This document shows, piece by piece, positions 45,659 through 58,337 of a stretch of DNA of 64,000 nt (the stretch's first letter is position 1; each line of letters starts with the position of its first letter). The notes beneath the pieces were generated by a model. It made no database searches. It saw only the letters and a program-made list of their open reading frames with translations, and was not told the DNA's origin. The DNA is taken from the NCBI GenBank assembly GCA_023515795.1, contig JALGPX010000043.1:1-64000 (forward strand), written 5' to 3'. The stretch is from Amoeboaphelidium occidentale (Eukaryota). Made by a program: the position numbers and the translations under genes.

Positions 45659-48144
45659 ATGGGAGCTTCAGACTCAAAATTGGCCTTTCGACAAAACATT
45701 TTCAAGTTGGCATCTGATGAGGAATTAACTGAAGAATTTCTTGTGGAACTTTTCTCTGTTAGTCACATAGAAATCGATGATTATTTCGTTCTGTTAAGTT
45801 CCGCAGACGTTCGCAAGACCAGAGACCGGCACAGTGGCAACCTGACAAAGCTTTTGCGTTTCGCTTCAAAGATTTTAATTAATGCAGACTTTTCTTCTTC
45901 TTCTGATACTTTGGCTGTGCAGAAGGTCACAAATGCTGTGAGGATTCTGACAAGATTCTTTCCATATCTGTTTGAAGTCAGCGGTAACTCAGCTGAGGAT
46001 CCTGGCAATGTTGATCTTGATGATGCGCTATTCTGGGAGGAACCAAAAGGCGATGAAGGGCAGCATCGACTGGGCGAAAAGCTTATGGCTGCTGTTGTTG
46101 AATTGTTATTTACGCCTGGATTTACTTTACCAGCAGATGTTTCAGCAGAACGTTCTCCGGTTTCTGATATTTGGTATCCCGGTCTAGGTCGCTATGATAG
46201 TGTTAATACATCGACCAAGTTCCATGAGGTAAATAGGTTGGAAGTGTTACGGCTGCTTTTGACTTTGATATCCAAAGGAATCTATTATCCTCCACAAACC
46301 GTCTTCAAACAGCCTAATAAGTATCTGAAATTTGTGGTTACGCATTTGGAAAATGAGCTAGTAGTGAAGCTAGTCTTTTCTTTGTTGAATTGTGTTCTTA
46401 ACTACAGCAATGAAGGTTCTGGTTCATGGGTGCCTTATGATCACGTTATCCTGGGCGACGATGGCAAGAAGGAGCAACTGGTCCAAACATGCTCTTCGCT
46501 TCTAGTTATTCTGTTGTCTTATACCAATGGCCTTTCTATTGAACCATCTCCTGTTGCTGTATCGAACGATGCGGTCCCTCCAGTTTCTAATGGCACAGAT
46601 TCTTCAATACCAAAAAGCCCTCTTGAAAACTGGACAACCGTTTTGCGTGGCCTTGACGCCATTGATATTGTCGCAAAGAACGAAAATGGGCCTCCTTTGA
46701 ATAAGCTTCGTGCTTGTGTTGCATCAATTGTTTCGCAAGAAGACTTCAAGTTTATTTTTGACTCAATTTGTGCGCTGCTACAGAATCCTTTCCAGTCGAA
46801 TGCCACTTATTTACCCAATTCTGTCAAATCATTGAATGTTACGGAGGAAGTTTTGATGATATTTTGGAAGCTTGTCGAAGTCAATAATTTGTTCTTTGTC
46901 TACGTTTGTAATTCTGAGAAATCTCTGGATGGAATACTTCTTGGTTTGCTTTATCAATGTCTCAGTAATAAGAATAGCACCGTTCTACATTCGAAAATCG
47001 GACTGTTGCGAATGTGTTCTTTTGTCCTGCACGTGTTGAGCGGTGAAAGAAACTTTTCTGTACTGCTAAACAAAGCATATACTGGAATTCTTCCTACGCA
47101 CTTTGACTTACCGTCCTTTAAAGGAAGCTATGCAGACTTGTTGGTTTTGACCATCTATTCTCTGATATACACGACAAAAGGAAGATTGTCATCTCTATAT
47201 GACTGTTTCTTTACAATTATTGCCAATATTTCTCCATACATCAAGTCTTTCTCTATTGTTACTGCAAACAAACTGCTTGTGATGTTTAAGACTTTTTCTA
47301 GTCCTACATTCTTGTTGGCTAACGAAAGCAATCATGTCTTAATTTTCTTCCTACTGGATACTTTCAACAACATTATTCAGTACCAATTTGATGGGAACAG
47401 TAATTTAATTTACGAGATTATGAGGCACCAGAAACTGTTCTTTGAATTGAGGGATTTGAAGTTTCAACGAGCAAAGTCCATGTGGTCAACCATGCAACAG
47501 AAGAAACAGGGAAGAAAACTATCAGTTGTGTCGAACAATGCTGCAAGTGACGAGAAGACAACCAATGATGTAGCTCCATCAATTCAATCAAATGGTAATG
47601 ATAAGAGTGAAAATGAAACTCAACAGCAAGAAAGCCAAGATGATAGCAGTCATGTCATGCCAGCTGGTTCTCAGGATGAACTCAATGTTGAAAAGGAAAG
47701 AAATGAAATGAAACCAGAAAACACTCCATCCTCTCCTCCTGAAGGTGTCATCCCTCAGCTTTTTGTGCCAAATGAAAAATGGTTCAAGTTCTGGCATCAA
47801 CAAATGCCTTTGCAAACGATCTTGTCACTGTTGGAAACATTGGTTCCACAGGTAGAGAAAATGTGCCAAGAAGATAATATGAGCGATGATGCTGGTAAGC
47901 TCCTTAATTTAAATGCACTGATTTTCTAGTGATTAATTTCCTTCAGAGCGGTACTCTTGTTGGACTGCTTCCTGTCCCACATCCGATATTTGTGAGGAAA
48001 TTCCAATACACAGAAGGTATCCATTTGTGGTTCACGAGTTACGTGTGGGGTGTAACATACTTGAGACACACTTCACCGAACCCAACAATTTGGATAGGAA
48101 CAAGAGTAAAGCTATTTGTGGTGAAATCCCTTAATGATCAATAA
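45659..48144 (+). CDS. HID-1/Ecm30-family Golgi protein
   Basis: MGASDSKLAFR myristoylation-type start, LSGERNFSVLLNK, NNIIQYQFDGNSNLIY, GTLVGLLPVPHPI, IWIGTRVKLF. Confidence 0.9.
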
Positions 48145-48239
48145 ACGCAGCAATATTCTAAACGAGAGGGTTCATCAATGAGAGTAGAGCTCGGCTTGCA
48201 CGGCTCAATGTTTGCGAAGTAGTTCAAGCAATCTCAAAC

Positions 48240-51200
48240 ATGACGACGCTGGAAGTCCCTTTCAAACCAAATCCCGAAATAAAAGGAATTCGCTTTAGCA
48301 TCGACCGTGGCGGAACATTTACCGGTAAAATTAGAATTATGCATTCTGAGACTCGTAGACTGTGTTGCTGAGATTCCGATATCTTCGACTGAAACGATTA
48401 CACTACAATACAAGCTCTTAAGCGAGGATCCCACAAACTACGCTGATGCTCCAACAGAAGGAATACGGCGTATATTGGAAGCTGTCACGGGCATACCACA
48501 CCCACAGTCAGAACTCATCGACTCTTCGAGAGTAGCTTCGATTAGAATGGCTACAACTGTTGCAACAAATGCTCTTCTGGAGCGTAAAGGGGAGAAAGTT
48601 TTGCTGGTTACTACGAAGGGCTTTAAGGATATTCTGCGCATTGGGACACAAGCACGCCCTAATATCTTTGACTTGGAAATTAAAGACTTCGATGTTCTTT
48701 ACGATGATGTTCTGGAGATCGATGAGCGCGTAACCGTTAAGGGATACTCAGCTGGCGGTGACAGGACTGTAGTCAGAGCAAATGCTTCTTACAATTGCGA
48801 GGATGATGAAGTGGTTGGTTTGACAGGTGAAATTTTGACTGTTTTGAAACGGGTTGATAAGGACATTGTGAAACAAAGCCTGCAAGATTTCTATAATCGT
48901 GGTTTTCGCAGCATGGCAATCGTATTCATGCATTCTTACAGCTGGCCTGACCACGAAAAATCTGTCGCCGAAATAGCCAAGCAGGTCGGCTTTAAGAATG
49001 TTACTTTGTCGTCAGAATTAATGCCGATGATCAAGATTGTTTCAAGAGGTTTGAGCACTTGCGTAGACGCTTACCTCACGCCTGGAATTAAAAGATATTT
49101 GTATGGATTTGTCAAAGGATTTGATGAAAACTTGAGCCGCAATGTGGAAGTTCTATTTATGCAAAGCGATGGAGGCTTGACTTATGTTGACAAGTTTTCT
49201 GGGTTTAAAGCCATTTTGAGTGGACCTGCAGCTGGAGTCGTCGGGTACGCATTGACATCCTATAAGAATCAACCAGTTATTGGTTTTGATATGGGTGGAA
49301 CTTCAACTGATGTTTCAAGATTTTCAGGAAGTTTTGATTACACTCTCGAAACTTTGACTGCAGGAATTCCTATTCAAGCGCCACAACTTGATATTCAAAC
49401 TGTAGCATCTGGTGGTGGAAGTCGTTTATTCTTCAAGAATGGTATGCTTGTTGTAGGTCCAGACTCTGCAGGTGCTGATCCTGGTCCCGCATGTTACAGG
49501 AAAGGAGGTCCTCTCGCAGTTACAGATGCAAATTTAGTCTTAGGGAGAATAATACCCAAATATTTCCCGCATATATTTGGAAAAACAGAGGACCAGCCAA
49601 TTGATGCCGAAGCATCTAAACGTTTGTTTGGTGTGATGTTAGATGAGATCAAGAATACTTCCCAGACTTCACAAAATAAGATTTTGGTGCCAAAATCGAT
49701 TGAAGACCTTGCTGTTGGATTTATTCAGGTTGCAAACGAAGCAATGTGCAGACCGATTAGGCAAATTACACATGGGAAAGGCATTGATCCTCGAAACTGT
49801 GTATTGTCTTGCTTTGGCGGTGCCGGTGCGCAACACGCATGTTCAATTGCCAGAAAACTTGGCATAAAGACCGTTCATGTGCATAGATATTCTTCTGTAC
49901 TTTCAGCTTTCGGACTTGCTTTAGCTGAACTTGCTGAAGAAAGTCAAGAGCCAGCTGCATTCATTTATGAGGAGGATTTAAAGATCATAAAAGGGAGGCT
50001 TCGATTCTTAGAAAATGAAACAAAGAAAAAGTTCAAAGTCATTGCGGAACGAAAATTCCACACATATTATTATTTGAACATGCGTTATGAGGGAACTGAA
50101 GGATCGTTAATGGTACAAGGTGATAGCATCGAGTTTGATTTTCAAACAGCTTTTGAATCGCTTCATAAAAAAGAATTCGGATTCTCTTTTACCAACAGGA
50201 GACTTCTTGTTGACGATTTGAGAGTCAGAGTTACTCAAAAAATCAAATCAACAAACATTGGCACTGATGAGTTTCAAATAGCGAAAAGTAACAAGGTTAA
50301 GGTTGGCGCTGATTCCGCTATGGTTTACTTTGAGAACTTGGGATGGTTGTCTTGTAATGTGCATAAGCTTGATCACCTGAAGCCGGGCGATTACATCAAC
50401 GGCCCTGCGATAATTCTAAACAATAATCTTACGATCCTTGTTGAACCTCATTGTGATGCCACTTTATCTGTTGGAGGGCATGTTATATTGACAGTTACTC
50501 AGGATGATTCCACATCAAAGGCTGAATCTTCAAAGTTGGATCCTATTCTTCTTTCAATATTTTCTCATCGTTTCATGAGTATTGCTGAACAAATGGGGAA
50601 AACTCTCCAAAGAACCTCGGTTAGCACGAATATTAAGGAGCGTCTTGATTTTTCATGTGCGCTGTTCGGTCCAGACGGCGGTTTAGTTGCCAACGCACCG
50701 CACATTCCTGTTCATCTCGGTTCAATGCAGGAAGCTGTTAAATACCAATTGAAGAAACGCAAAGATGATTTGAAACCTGGAGATGTGTTGGTATCAAATC
50801 ATCCCAACTCAGGCGGATCGCACTTGCCAGATATTACTGTGATTACTCCCGTGTTTCACAATGGTCAAATTGTATTCTTTGTAGCATCAAGAGGCCACCA
50901 TGCTGACATTGGCGGGATATCACCAGGCTCAATGCCTCCACACTCCAAATTCTTACATCAAGAAGGAGCTATTATTGATTCATTCAAGCTCGTAGAAAAC
51001 GAAGTGTTTCAAGAGGAAGGAATCACAAAGATACTACAATATGAACCAGCGCAATACGAAGGTTGTTCCGGAACTAGAAATCTTTCGGATAATTTATCCG
51101 ATCTTAAAGCTCAAATAGCTGCTAATAATCGAGGCATTACGCTCTTGCAAGATCTTATACAAGAGTATTCACTAGATGTTGTTACGAAGTACATGATGTA

Positions 51201-52113
51201 CATAAGGCAGAATGCAGAATTAGCCGTAAGGGATCTACTTAGAGAAGTCTGTTCAAAATATGAATCGCATCTAGAAGCATCAGAATCCATGGATGAAGGA
51301 AGTGTTATCAAATTGAAGATTTCTATCGAAGAAAAGAACGGCAATGCTGTATTTGATTTTACTGGCTCTTCAGAGCAAGTTTATGGAAATTTGAATGCTC
51401 CTCCTTCAGTAACATACTCAGCCATTATATATTGCTTGCGATGCTTAGTCAAGGATGATATTCCTCTAAATCAAGGATGTCTTGGACCAATTGAAACAAT
51501 AATTCCAGAAGGATCTTTCCTTAATCCAACAGCAGATGTCGGAGTTGTTGGAGGAAACGTGCTTACTTCGCAGAGGCTTGTCGATGTCATTTTGAAAGCT
51601 TTCAAAGCCTGTGCTGCCAGTCAAGGCTGCATGAACAATTTGACATTTGGAGAGCCATCATCGTCGTCAAATGATGGCTGGGGATACTATGAAACAATAG
51701 CCGGAGGAAGTGGAGCCGGTCCAACATGGAACGGAAAGAGTGGAGTACACACACATATGACTAATACTAGAATAACAGATAGTGAAATACTTGAAAGAAG
51801 ATATCCAGTTGTGTTGCACGAATTCAGTTTGAGAAGCGACAATTCTGGAGGAGAAGGAAAGTTCAAGGGCGGAGAAGGTATAGTTCGATGCATAGAGTTT
51901 AAGAAAGATATCTCAGTTTCTATATTATCTGAACGAAGAGTGTTTGCACCCTATGGCCTCGAAGGAGGTTTAGCCGCTAAAACTGGAAGTAATCTTTTAC
52001 TCAAAGACCAAGAAAAAATCAACATCGGAGGAAAATGTTCTCTATTGGTAAAAAAGGGGGGAAAGTTGTTGATTAAAACTCCAGGAGGTGGTGGCTTCGG
52101 CAAAATAGCTTGA
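48240..52113 (+). CDS. OXP1: 5-oxoprolinase (ATP-hydrolysing)
   Basis: [11 protein letters not shown] across an intron near 48325-48358; [26 protein letters not shown]. Confidence 0.95.
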
Positions 52114-52132
52114 AAGTCATAAGCATTTTGAC

Positions 52133-53050
52133 TCATTCTTTTATGAAGCTAAATACCATATAAATACCAATAGCCTCCCACTGATCTTCTGGAACCTGTT
52201 GCTTATTATCATCACCGAAGACCCGCATGCGTTGTAGCATTTCTTCATAATAATATTTTTGAACAAACTCGTGGAACTTTTGCTTCTTGACCAACTTGAG
52301 TTTGTACTCGCGAGCCAACCGCTCTAATTCAGGAAAGTACACCAAATACTCTGGACAATCTGAAATAGCATCTTCCAGATTGAACCAATACTTGTGACCG
52401 TACATTGGGTAATCGTCTTTCTGCTCAAAGCGAATCTTGTACACATCATTCCCAAACTCTAATCCTTCAATACTTCTGAGTTTCTTAACAATCCAATAAG
52501 CATCAGGTATCGTCCCGACATAATGCCCACCAGTCTCCAGCATATCTGAGACGTTCTGCAAAAGCTGTCGAATCTTTGCTTCGCTCTCGAAAGCGTAATG
52601 TAAAGCGAACTGATTAGAAACGATTTGGAACTTCTTCTCAGTTAAATGCCGTGGCAGGACATCCTTCAGCCGGACCTACACACAATAAGATCATTCCCAT
52701 TTGCGCTTGATAACACATACTTGGAAGCAATCGTAAGCAAAAAAGTTTGCATCAAAGTTAAATCGACCCTCTGCATAACGAGACTTTGCGTGTTCTATGC
52801 TTATCTCTGCCAGATCAACCCCAACCAGTGAAGCAACGTTGCATTTCTTGAACTTGAGTAGATCTCCACCTTTGCCGCAACAAATATCAAAAGCTCGAGC
52901 ATTTGGAGGAGTATACTTCCGAATAAGAACAGACTTTACGTAATTATTAATGAGCTTTAAGTGTATAATCGGTGACTTTGTTCGATCTTTAGCAGAAACT
53001 TGTGGCCTGGCGTTGTAGTGCGAAGCGACGTCTTTGGCATTGTCGGCCAT
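52133..53050 (-). CDS. ABD1: mRNA cap guanine-N7 methyltransferase
   Basis: VASHYNAR, NNYVKSVLI, DICCGKGGDLLK, QFALHYAFESE, PEYLV. Confidence 0.92.
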
Positions 53051-53082
53051 GCTTTGTTTCAAATACCTAAGAAAAATTATGT

Positions 53083-54534
53083 CTATTGAATAGCACAGTT
53101 ATTGTAGATTTGTTGATATCCTATTGTGTGTGATATTTCTATAGGCGTGTATTTCACTTTAGCTTTGGGTAGTTCTAAAGTAGCCCTTCTAATGTCCAGA
53201 AACTTTTGAAAGTCTTCGATTATCTTGGTATTCAAGAACGTGATATCATCAAAGGAAAGCACCCTCACGGAATCTGGTAGTACAATTTCATTAAAGCAGG
53301 AATGCGGTTTAGCAAGTTCAGTAAATAATTGTTCATTTATATCTTTGCAACCATCAGCATACACACATCTAAGTTTTCGACACGTTTTAAACAATCTTAA
53401 CAAACCTTCGTTACCGACAACCGTGAAACTAACGTTCAAATATTCCAAATGACAACTAATCTCAGCTTCTGCGATGTTGAACAACGTTTGATCAGATAGT
53501 CCACCACAGCTGTCCAGTTGCAGTGTTCGTAACGTAGGACAAAGTTCTATGATTACAGCCATGAACTCGTCTCCTAATTCCACGCAGCCTGACAAGGACA
53601 AGTACTTCAATTTTGATGCTTTTGAATTGTCACATCGAAACGACCGATAGCCCCAAGATGAAGTATCCTCCAAAGATAAATGCTGTAGACCAGGTATACT
53701 TAGTAGTGCCGCAACATCGTGGCATGTCAAACCTGTACATTTGTCAACGTACAAGTATTTTAAATTCTTCAAGTGTGTCATGATGTTAACCATGTTCTCC
53801 GTGAATTCAATGTTGGTCCCATTCAACATCAACCGCTCAATGTCTGGGGCATTACACAGGGCTTGAAACAGCTTTTCAGACTCTTGCTTATCCTGAAACA
53901 CGACATTTGAAAGATCTAAATGCTTCCAATTCACTGTTCGATCCCTACTGGCCTCTAAAAGTATTGAGCCGCAATTTGGCAGACCTGCTCTCGATAGTGA
54001 TAATATCCTCAGATCTGATAATGACCGCAGCAAATCTTGAAGGACCACTGAAGATGCCCTGTAACAGTATTCCATTCTTAGATCTACAATCTTGATGCAC
54101 TTTAACGAGAGCTGTTTTAACAATTCACTCTTTACGATACCCAAACCGCTCAAATTCAGGCTTCTCAAGCATGGACCAGCATAATCAATTAAAGTCAGCA
54201 ATAGCCTTTGAGGATCATCTGCACTCTTGAAGAGCTCATGATCATGTGGTACTGATATGTTTTTCCAGAGAGAACCATCAGTCGCAGCATCTTGCCAACT
54301 TCTAGAAACTTTAATCGCTTTCAGTAAAGTCTGCTTATCCAGATACGAAAATATTTTCATCAATACTTCTTTCGGTAGACGCACCGGCTTATGATCATTA
54401 ACCTCGGGAGTGTTTTCTTCATTGTTCTTTGTAGGAACTGGTTCAGAATACTCCTTGACCTTTAAATCATCCGTAGATCTGTGATATCCACTCCCAAATA
54501 ACGAATAAGACTGAAGGGTGATGTAATCCAACAT
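53083..54534 (-). CDS. F-box/LRR protein (FBXL-like)
   Basis: LPKEVLMKIFSYLD...VSRSW...DGSLW plus cysteine-containing LRRs. Confidence 0.88.
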   Translation of the reverse strand: MLDYITLQSYSLFGSGYHRSTDDLKVKEYSEPVPTKNNEENTPEVNDHKPVRLPKEVLMKIFSYLDKQTLLKAIKVSRSWQDAATDGSLWKNISVPHDHELFKSADDPQRLLLTLIDYAGPCLRSLNLSGLGIVKSELLKQLSLKCIKIVDLRMEYCYRASSVVLQDLLRSLSDLRILSLSRAGLPNCGSILLEASRDRTVNWKHLDLSNVVFQDKQESEKLFQALCNAPDIERLMLNGTNIEFTENMVNIMTHLKNLKYLYVDKCTGLTCHDVAALLSIPGLQHLSLEDTSSWGYRSFRCDNSKASKLKYLSLSGCVELGDEFMAVIIELCPTLRTLQLDSCGGLSDQTLFNIAEAEISCHLEYLNVSFTVVGNEGLLRLFKTCRKLRCVYADGCKDINEQLFTELAKPHSCFNEIVLPDSVRVLSFDDITFLNTKIIEDFQKFLDIRRATLELPKAKVKYTPIEISHTIGYQQIYNNCAIQ

Positions 54535-54615
54535 GATCTGCCCTGAAATCTAAAAAAGTTGTTGGACAAAATCGCAGGTAGCGGCTGTTTCAACTTGTTT
54601 CGCGATCAAACAGAA

Positions 54616-55256
54616 ATGGCTGAGGTGCACTTCATTGGATCTCTTTTAGGGGCATCAAAGTTCCCCAATTCTTCTTTAACATGCAAATACAAGGTGGTTA
54701 CCAGCTCTCCGGAAGATTGGAAATTGTTGGAGGGAAAGGAATATGGACAGACTCACATAGACACACCTTTTGTAATTTGCTACAAGTTCAGTATTAATAT
54801 GATCAGGCCGGAAACACAGTCTGGTACCAACCATTAGATTTACATTACTCTACAAAGTCTTTAAAAGGTTGGCCTTACTTGTACTGCGAAGTTTATCATT
54901 TGGATCAGTATGGACGACATGAACTTTGTAAGTTCAAAGCACCTTAAATTGACTGAATGGCTAGATGGATATGCATTTACTAATTTGCCTACATCGCCCG
55001 GAACTCACAGGTTGGAATTCATGGCATGGAGACCTGTTGGCTCACTTTATGATCGTTTGCTTGGTAACATTCACAGAGTCTCCATAACTTTAACACGGTA
55101 GCGTTCTTTTTGGGTGTTCATCCCCAACTAAAAAATCCAGAGCTGGCTTACAAGTCCTCAAACAGATTCAAGTTGAATACTGAGACTATGGGAATACTTC
55201 ACGCTGAGATCACTGTTTTACTAAGAGGATTCGACAGTAGCAATCTTTCTGTGTGA
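54616..55256 (+). CDS. B9D2: B9 domain ciliary transition-zone protein
   Basis: MAEVHFIGSLLGASKF, GQTHID, WYQPLDLHY, GWP, DGYAFTNLPTSPGTH; three short introns. Confidence 0.88.
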
Positions 55257-55292
55257 TACTTATTTACTTGTATAAAAAAATTCTCATTTAAA

Positions 55293-56411
55293 TCAATTGC
55301 AGCCTGGACATGTATGTATGACCTCGTGTATAAACTTATCACAGTCCAAGCAAAAAACTTTCTGACAGAGTGTGCATTTGAGGCAACGCTGCCTTAATCT
55401 TGTAGAACATCCAAAACATTTGTTATCAGGAGATCCTTCCAATTCTACAGTAGTCTCTTCGTAAACTTTCACAGGAAACAAATGATGATAGCTTCTTGCT
55501 AAATGAGGTGCTGATATTAGTTTCAAGCCGCAAGTCGAACAATCAGATGGTATGGAGCATATTTTCGAATTACATCGCGGACATATGAAGCCATACTTCT
55601 TAACGGTATCATGACATGAACAAAGTTCGTAAGTATTCAGTCTTTCTGGAAATCCCATGTAAACAAGCGAAGCTGGTACGTTTCTGTACAAAGGCGGTGG
55701 CTGTAAGAATTCAAAGAGTAAATCCTTACAATGATCTTCATTTAAAGGAACATTATGAGCTCCGTTCGTCCACTTTGCTAGCATTTTAAAGATATGAACC
55801 TCTGCAGCCAAGGACACCACTGAAACCCTGATCTTATGCTCTTGTAAAATAGGAGCAAAATCGTTTATATCAGCAGGATCTCTCGTCATAAGACTGCCCC
55901 ATATGACCAACACTTCTCTGGACGAGTGCATCGGCGTGGAACCAAGCTCTACAGCCGCGAGTTCGAGAGCATTTAAAATGCTGCCTTCGCCTTTTAAAAC
56001 AGAAGAATCGCTAAGGGCACCCAACGCCTGGTTAAGAACAGATATATCAGAGGATAAACCAACATTAACAGAAGCGTAGCCGTCTCTAGTAATTATGAGC
56101 CCAACGCTGGAGATTGGATTCTGATCATAAAACTCAACCAAGAATTGCTTCAGCAATGACAGGCTCAACTCCAAAAATGAAGGCTTTAAATCCCTGCATG
56201 ACATGTTCGATGATAAGTCCAGAATTAAAACTAAATGCCGGAGTATGCCTCGCTGGATCGGAACATTTTGGCGTTCTCTGCGCTTCTTCCACTGCTGCTG
56301 TTGGTATAATAATGACGTATTAATTTGACCTTCCTTATCCTCCTGAATTATTTCCCAAGAGCGTTTGTATTTATCCTCCCACGAGTAATTATTCTGTTGA
56401 TCATCTTCCAT
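55293..56411 (-). CDS. SSL1: TFIIH subunit p44
   Basis: YSWEDKYKRSW, RGILRHL (vWA), HLARSYHHLFP, C-terminal zinc fingers. Confidence 0.95.
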   Translation of the reverse strand: MEDDQQNNYSWEDKYKRSWEIIQEDKEGQINTSLLYQQQQWKKRRERQNVPIQRGILRHLVLILDLSSNMSCRDLKPSFLELSLSLLKQFLVEFYDQNPISSVGLIITRDGYASVNVGLSSDISVLNQALGALSDSSVLKGEGSILNALELAAVELGSTPMHSSREVLVIWGSLMTRDPADINDFAPILQEHKIRVSVVSLAAEVHIFKMLAKWTNGAHNVPLNEDHCKDLLFEFLQPPPLYRNVPASLVYMGFPERLNTYELCSCHDTVKKYGFICPRCNSKICSIPSDCSTCGLKLISAPHLARSYHHLFPVKVYEETTVELEGSPDNKCFGCSTRLRQRCLKCTLCQKVFCLDCDKFIHEVIHTCPGCN

Positions 56412-56437
56412 TTCTCTTTCTTCTTGAGCTGAACACA

Positions 56438-57979
56438 ATGGCGGAGTCGATTATTACAAAGTCTGATCAAATGTCCGGAGGTCTCGGAATGCACCAGCCA
56501 GGTTCCTCTGGGCTCATGGGCACACCAATTTTAACGGATAGCAGTTATTACAGAGATCAAGTTGATAGAGTTTTAAGGGAGAATAAGCAACTCAGAACAC
56601 GAATGGAGCAATTAGAAAAGGAAAATGTGTCTCTGAAGAAGAGCGTCTTTGATTTAACAAACAGAATATCAGAGCTATTGAGGTCTAATACCTCTACTTC
56701 AAAGTACTTCATGCCGGAACCTTCGATTGATGTCTCAAGCTACGGTGTTCCAGGCCAAAGGTCACAAAACGAAGCTGCGCACTACGTTGGCAGTACAATT
56801 GGCTCGCCTGTAATGGCTGGGAGCTCTGTGTCAAGTTCTTTTATGAATGGCTTACAGAAACAGTTTACAGCTACTTCAGAGCACGTGGGAGAAGATTTGG
56901 CGGTTCTGAAGGGCAAACAAAGCTTTGTGTTGAAGCATGAAATCAAATCGCATTCTGGGGCTGTCTATGTAGTTAAACACTCACCCAATGGTATGTTCAT
57001 GGCTTCTGGTTCTTTTGACAAGACTGTTCGGGTGTTTGATTGTAACAATGATTACGCAGAGGTTCAGTGTTTCAAGAAGCATTCTTTAAATGTTTCAGAC
57101 CTGACATGGTTGCCGGACTCTACGGAAGTTATTTCTGGGTCGTTTGATCAAACATGCAAGATTTTTAATCTTGAAGAGGGTCGCATGGTGCATTCTGTAG
57201 AATGTGAAGGCTTCTTGCAATGCGTCGAAGTTGTACCTAGTGATCCTGCTTTATTCTGGAGCTCTACATCCAAGAAAATAATTGTATTGAATGATAGACG
57301 TAAGCCTAATCCTGCGCTGGTCGTTCGAAATGATGGTATTATCAACTGTATGCATGTTTACAACGATAGCTCAAAGTTGCTTACGGGCGATTCTTCAGGT
57401 TGTTTGAAAACTTGGGATTTTAGAACTGGACAATTGTTAAACAGTTACACTAATGAAACAAAATCTCCAATTAGCTCATTTAGCTTCGTGAGAACGAGTC
57501 TGGATCAAGAGGAACATCGATTCATGGCAGTGAACAGTTATGACAACGTTGTTCGAGTTTATGATCGAGGAGATGATATTGCTCCGAATGCATGCAGATT
57601 GCTTTATGAAGTAAAAGGACCTCATTTGAAGAATTGGCCGATTAAGAATGCGTTCTTCCAACCAACGTTACAGCCTCTTCAGAATGCGCTTGGAGGAGAA
57701 GGAATCGAAGGAAGAGAACACAATGATCGATACATACTTGCTAGTGGTAGCAGTGATGCTAATGTTTATTTGTATTCTGTTAAGTTGGATCAATTGAGTC
57801 GCCCCAGTTCGAGAGGTGTTGGTAAAGTGGAAATCCCAACTGGAGTTGATACCTTGCAAGTACTTCAAGGCCACAGCGATCGAGTTTATGGTGTTTCATT
57901 TCATCCTAGAGATTTATCCCTCGCTTCCTCAAGCTCAGATTTTTCAATTAGAATTTGGAAGCCTCGAACCAAGCAATAA
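56438..57979 (+). CDS. Coiled-coil plus WD40-repeat protein
   Basis: N-terminal coil; HSGAVY, SGSFDKTV, GHSDRVY...SSDFSIRIW. Confidence 0.85.
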   Translation: MAESIITKSDQMSGGLGMHQPGSSGLMGTPILTDSSYYRDQVDRVLRENKQLRTRMEQLEKENVSLKKSVFDLTNRISELLRSNTSTSKYFMPEPSIDVSSYGVPGQRSQNEAAHYVGSTIGSPVMAGSSVSSSFMNGLQKQFTATSEHVGEDLAVLKGKQSFVLKHEIKSHSGAVYVVKHSPNGMFMASGSFDKTVRVFDCNNDYAEVQCFKKHSLNVSDLTWLPDSTEVISGSFDQTCKIFNLEEGRMVHSVECEGFLQCVEVVPSDPALFWSSTSKKIIVLNDRRKPNPALVVRNDGIINCMHVYNDSSKLLTGDSSGCLKTWDFRTGQLLNSYTNETKSPISSFSFVRTSLDQEEHRFMAVNSYDNVVRVYDRGDDIAPNACRLLYEVKGPHLKNWPIKNAFFQPTLQPLQNALGGEGIEGREHNDRYILASGSSDANVYLYSVKLDQLSRPSSRGVGKVEIPTGVDTLQVLQGHSDRVYGVSFHPRDLSLASSSSDFSIRIWKPRTKQ

Positions 57980-58337
57980 CTGGCCCTTCGCTACAGGATT
58001 AGTTCAAATAAAATCCAAATCTTACTTGGAAGAGCGTTACACGAATCGCCGATTTCTCGGCTACGCTGGTGGAGACTGAACAAGTAAATATGCAAGCATA
58101 ATCACCTGACATTAGCCTTCATTTGCATTCAAATCCAAGAAAACGTGCCTGATATTTCGTGCAGCGTTTATGTCCCTGTTCCAAACAGTTAAGCAATCTG
58201 AATTGCAGATTTTAACCGCCCGAAACTTTGTCTGTTTCAACTCATGTAAACAGAATGAGCATAACTTGCAGGGTTCAGNGATGTTCCTGTTCATTGAAGC
58301 ACCCTTCGGAAACTTGCTGAAACTCTTGAAGAAATAA

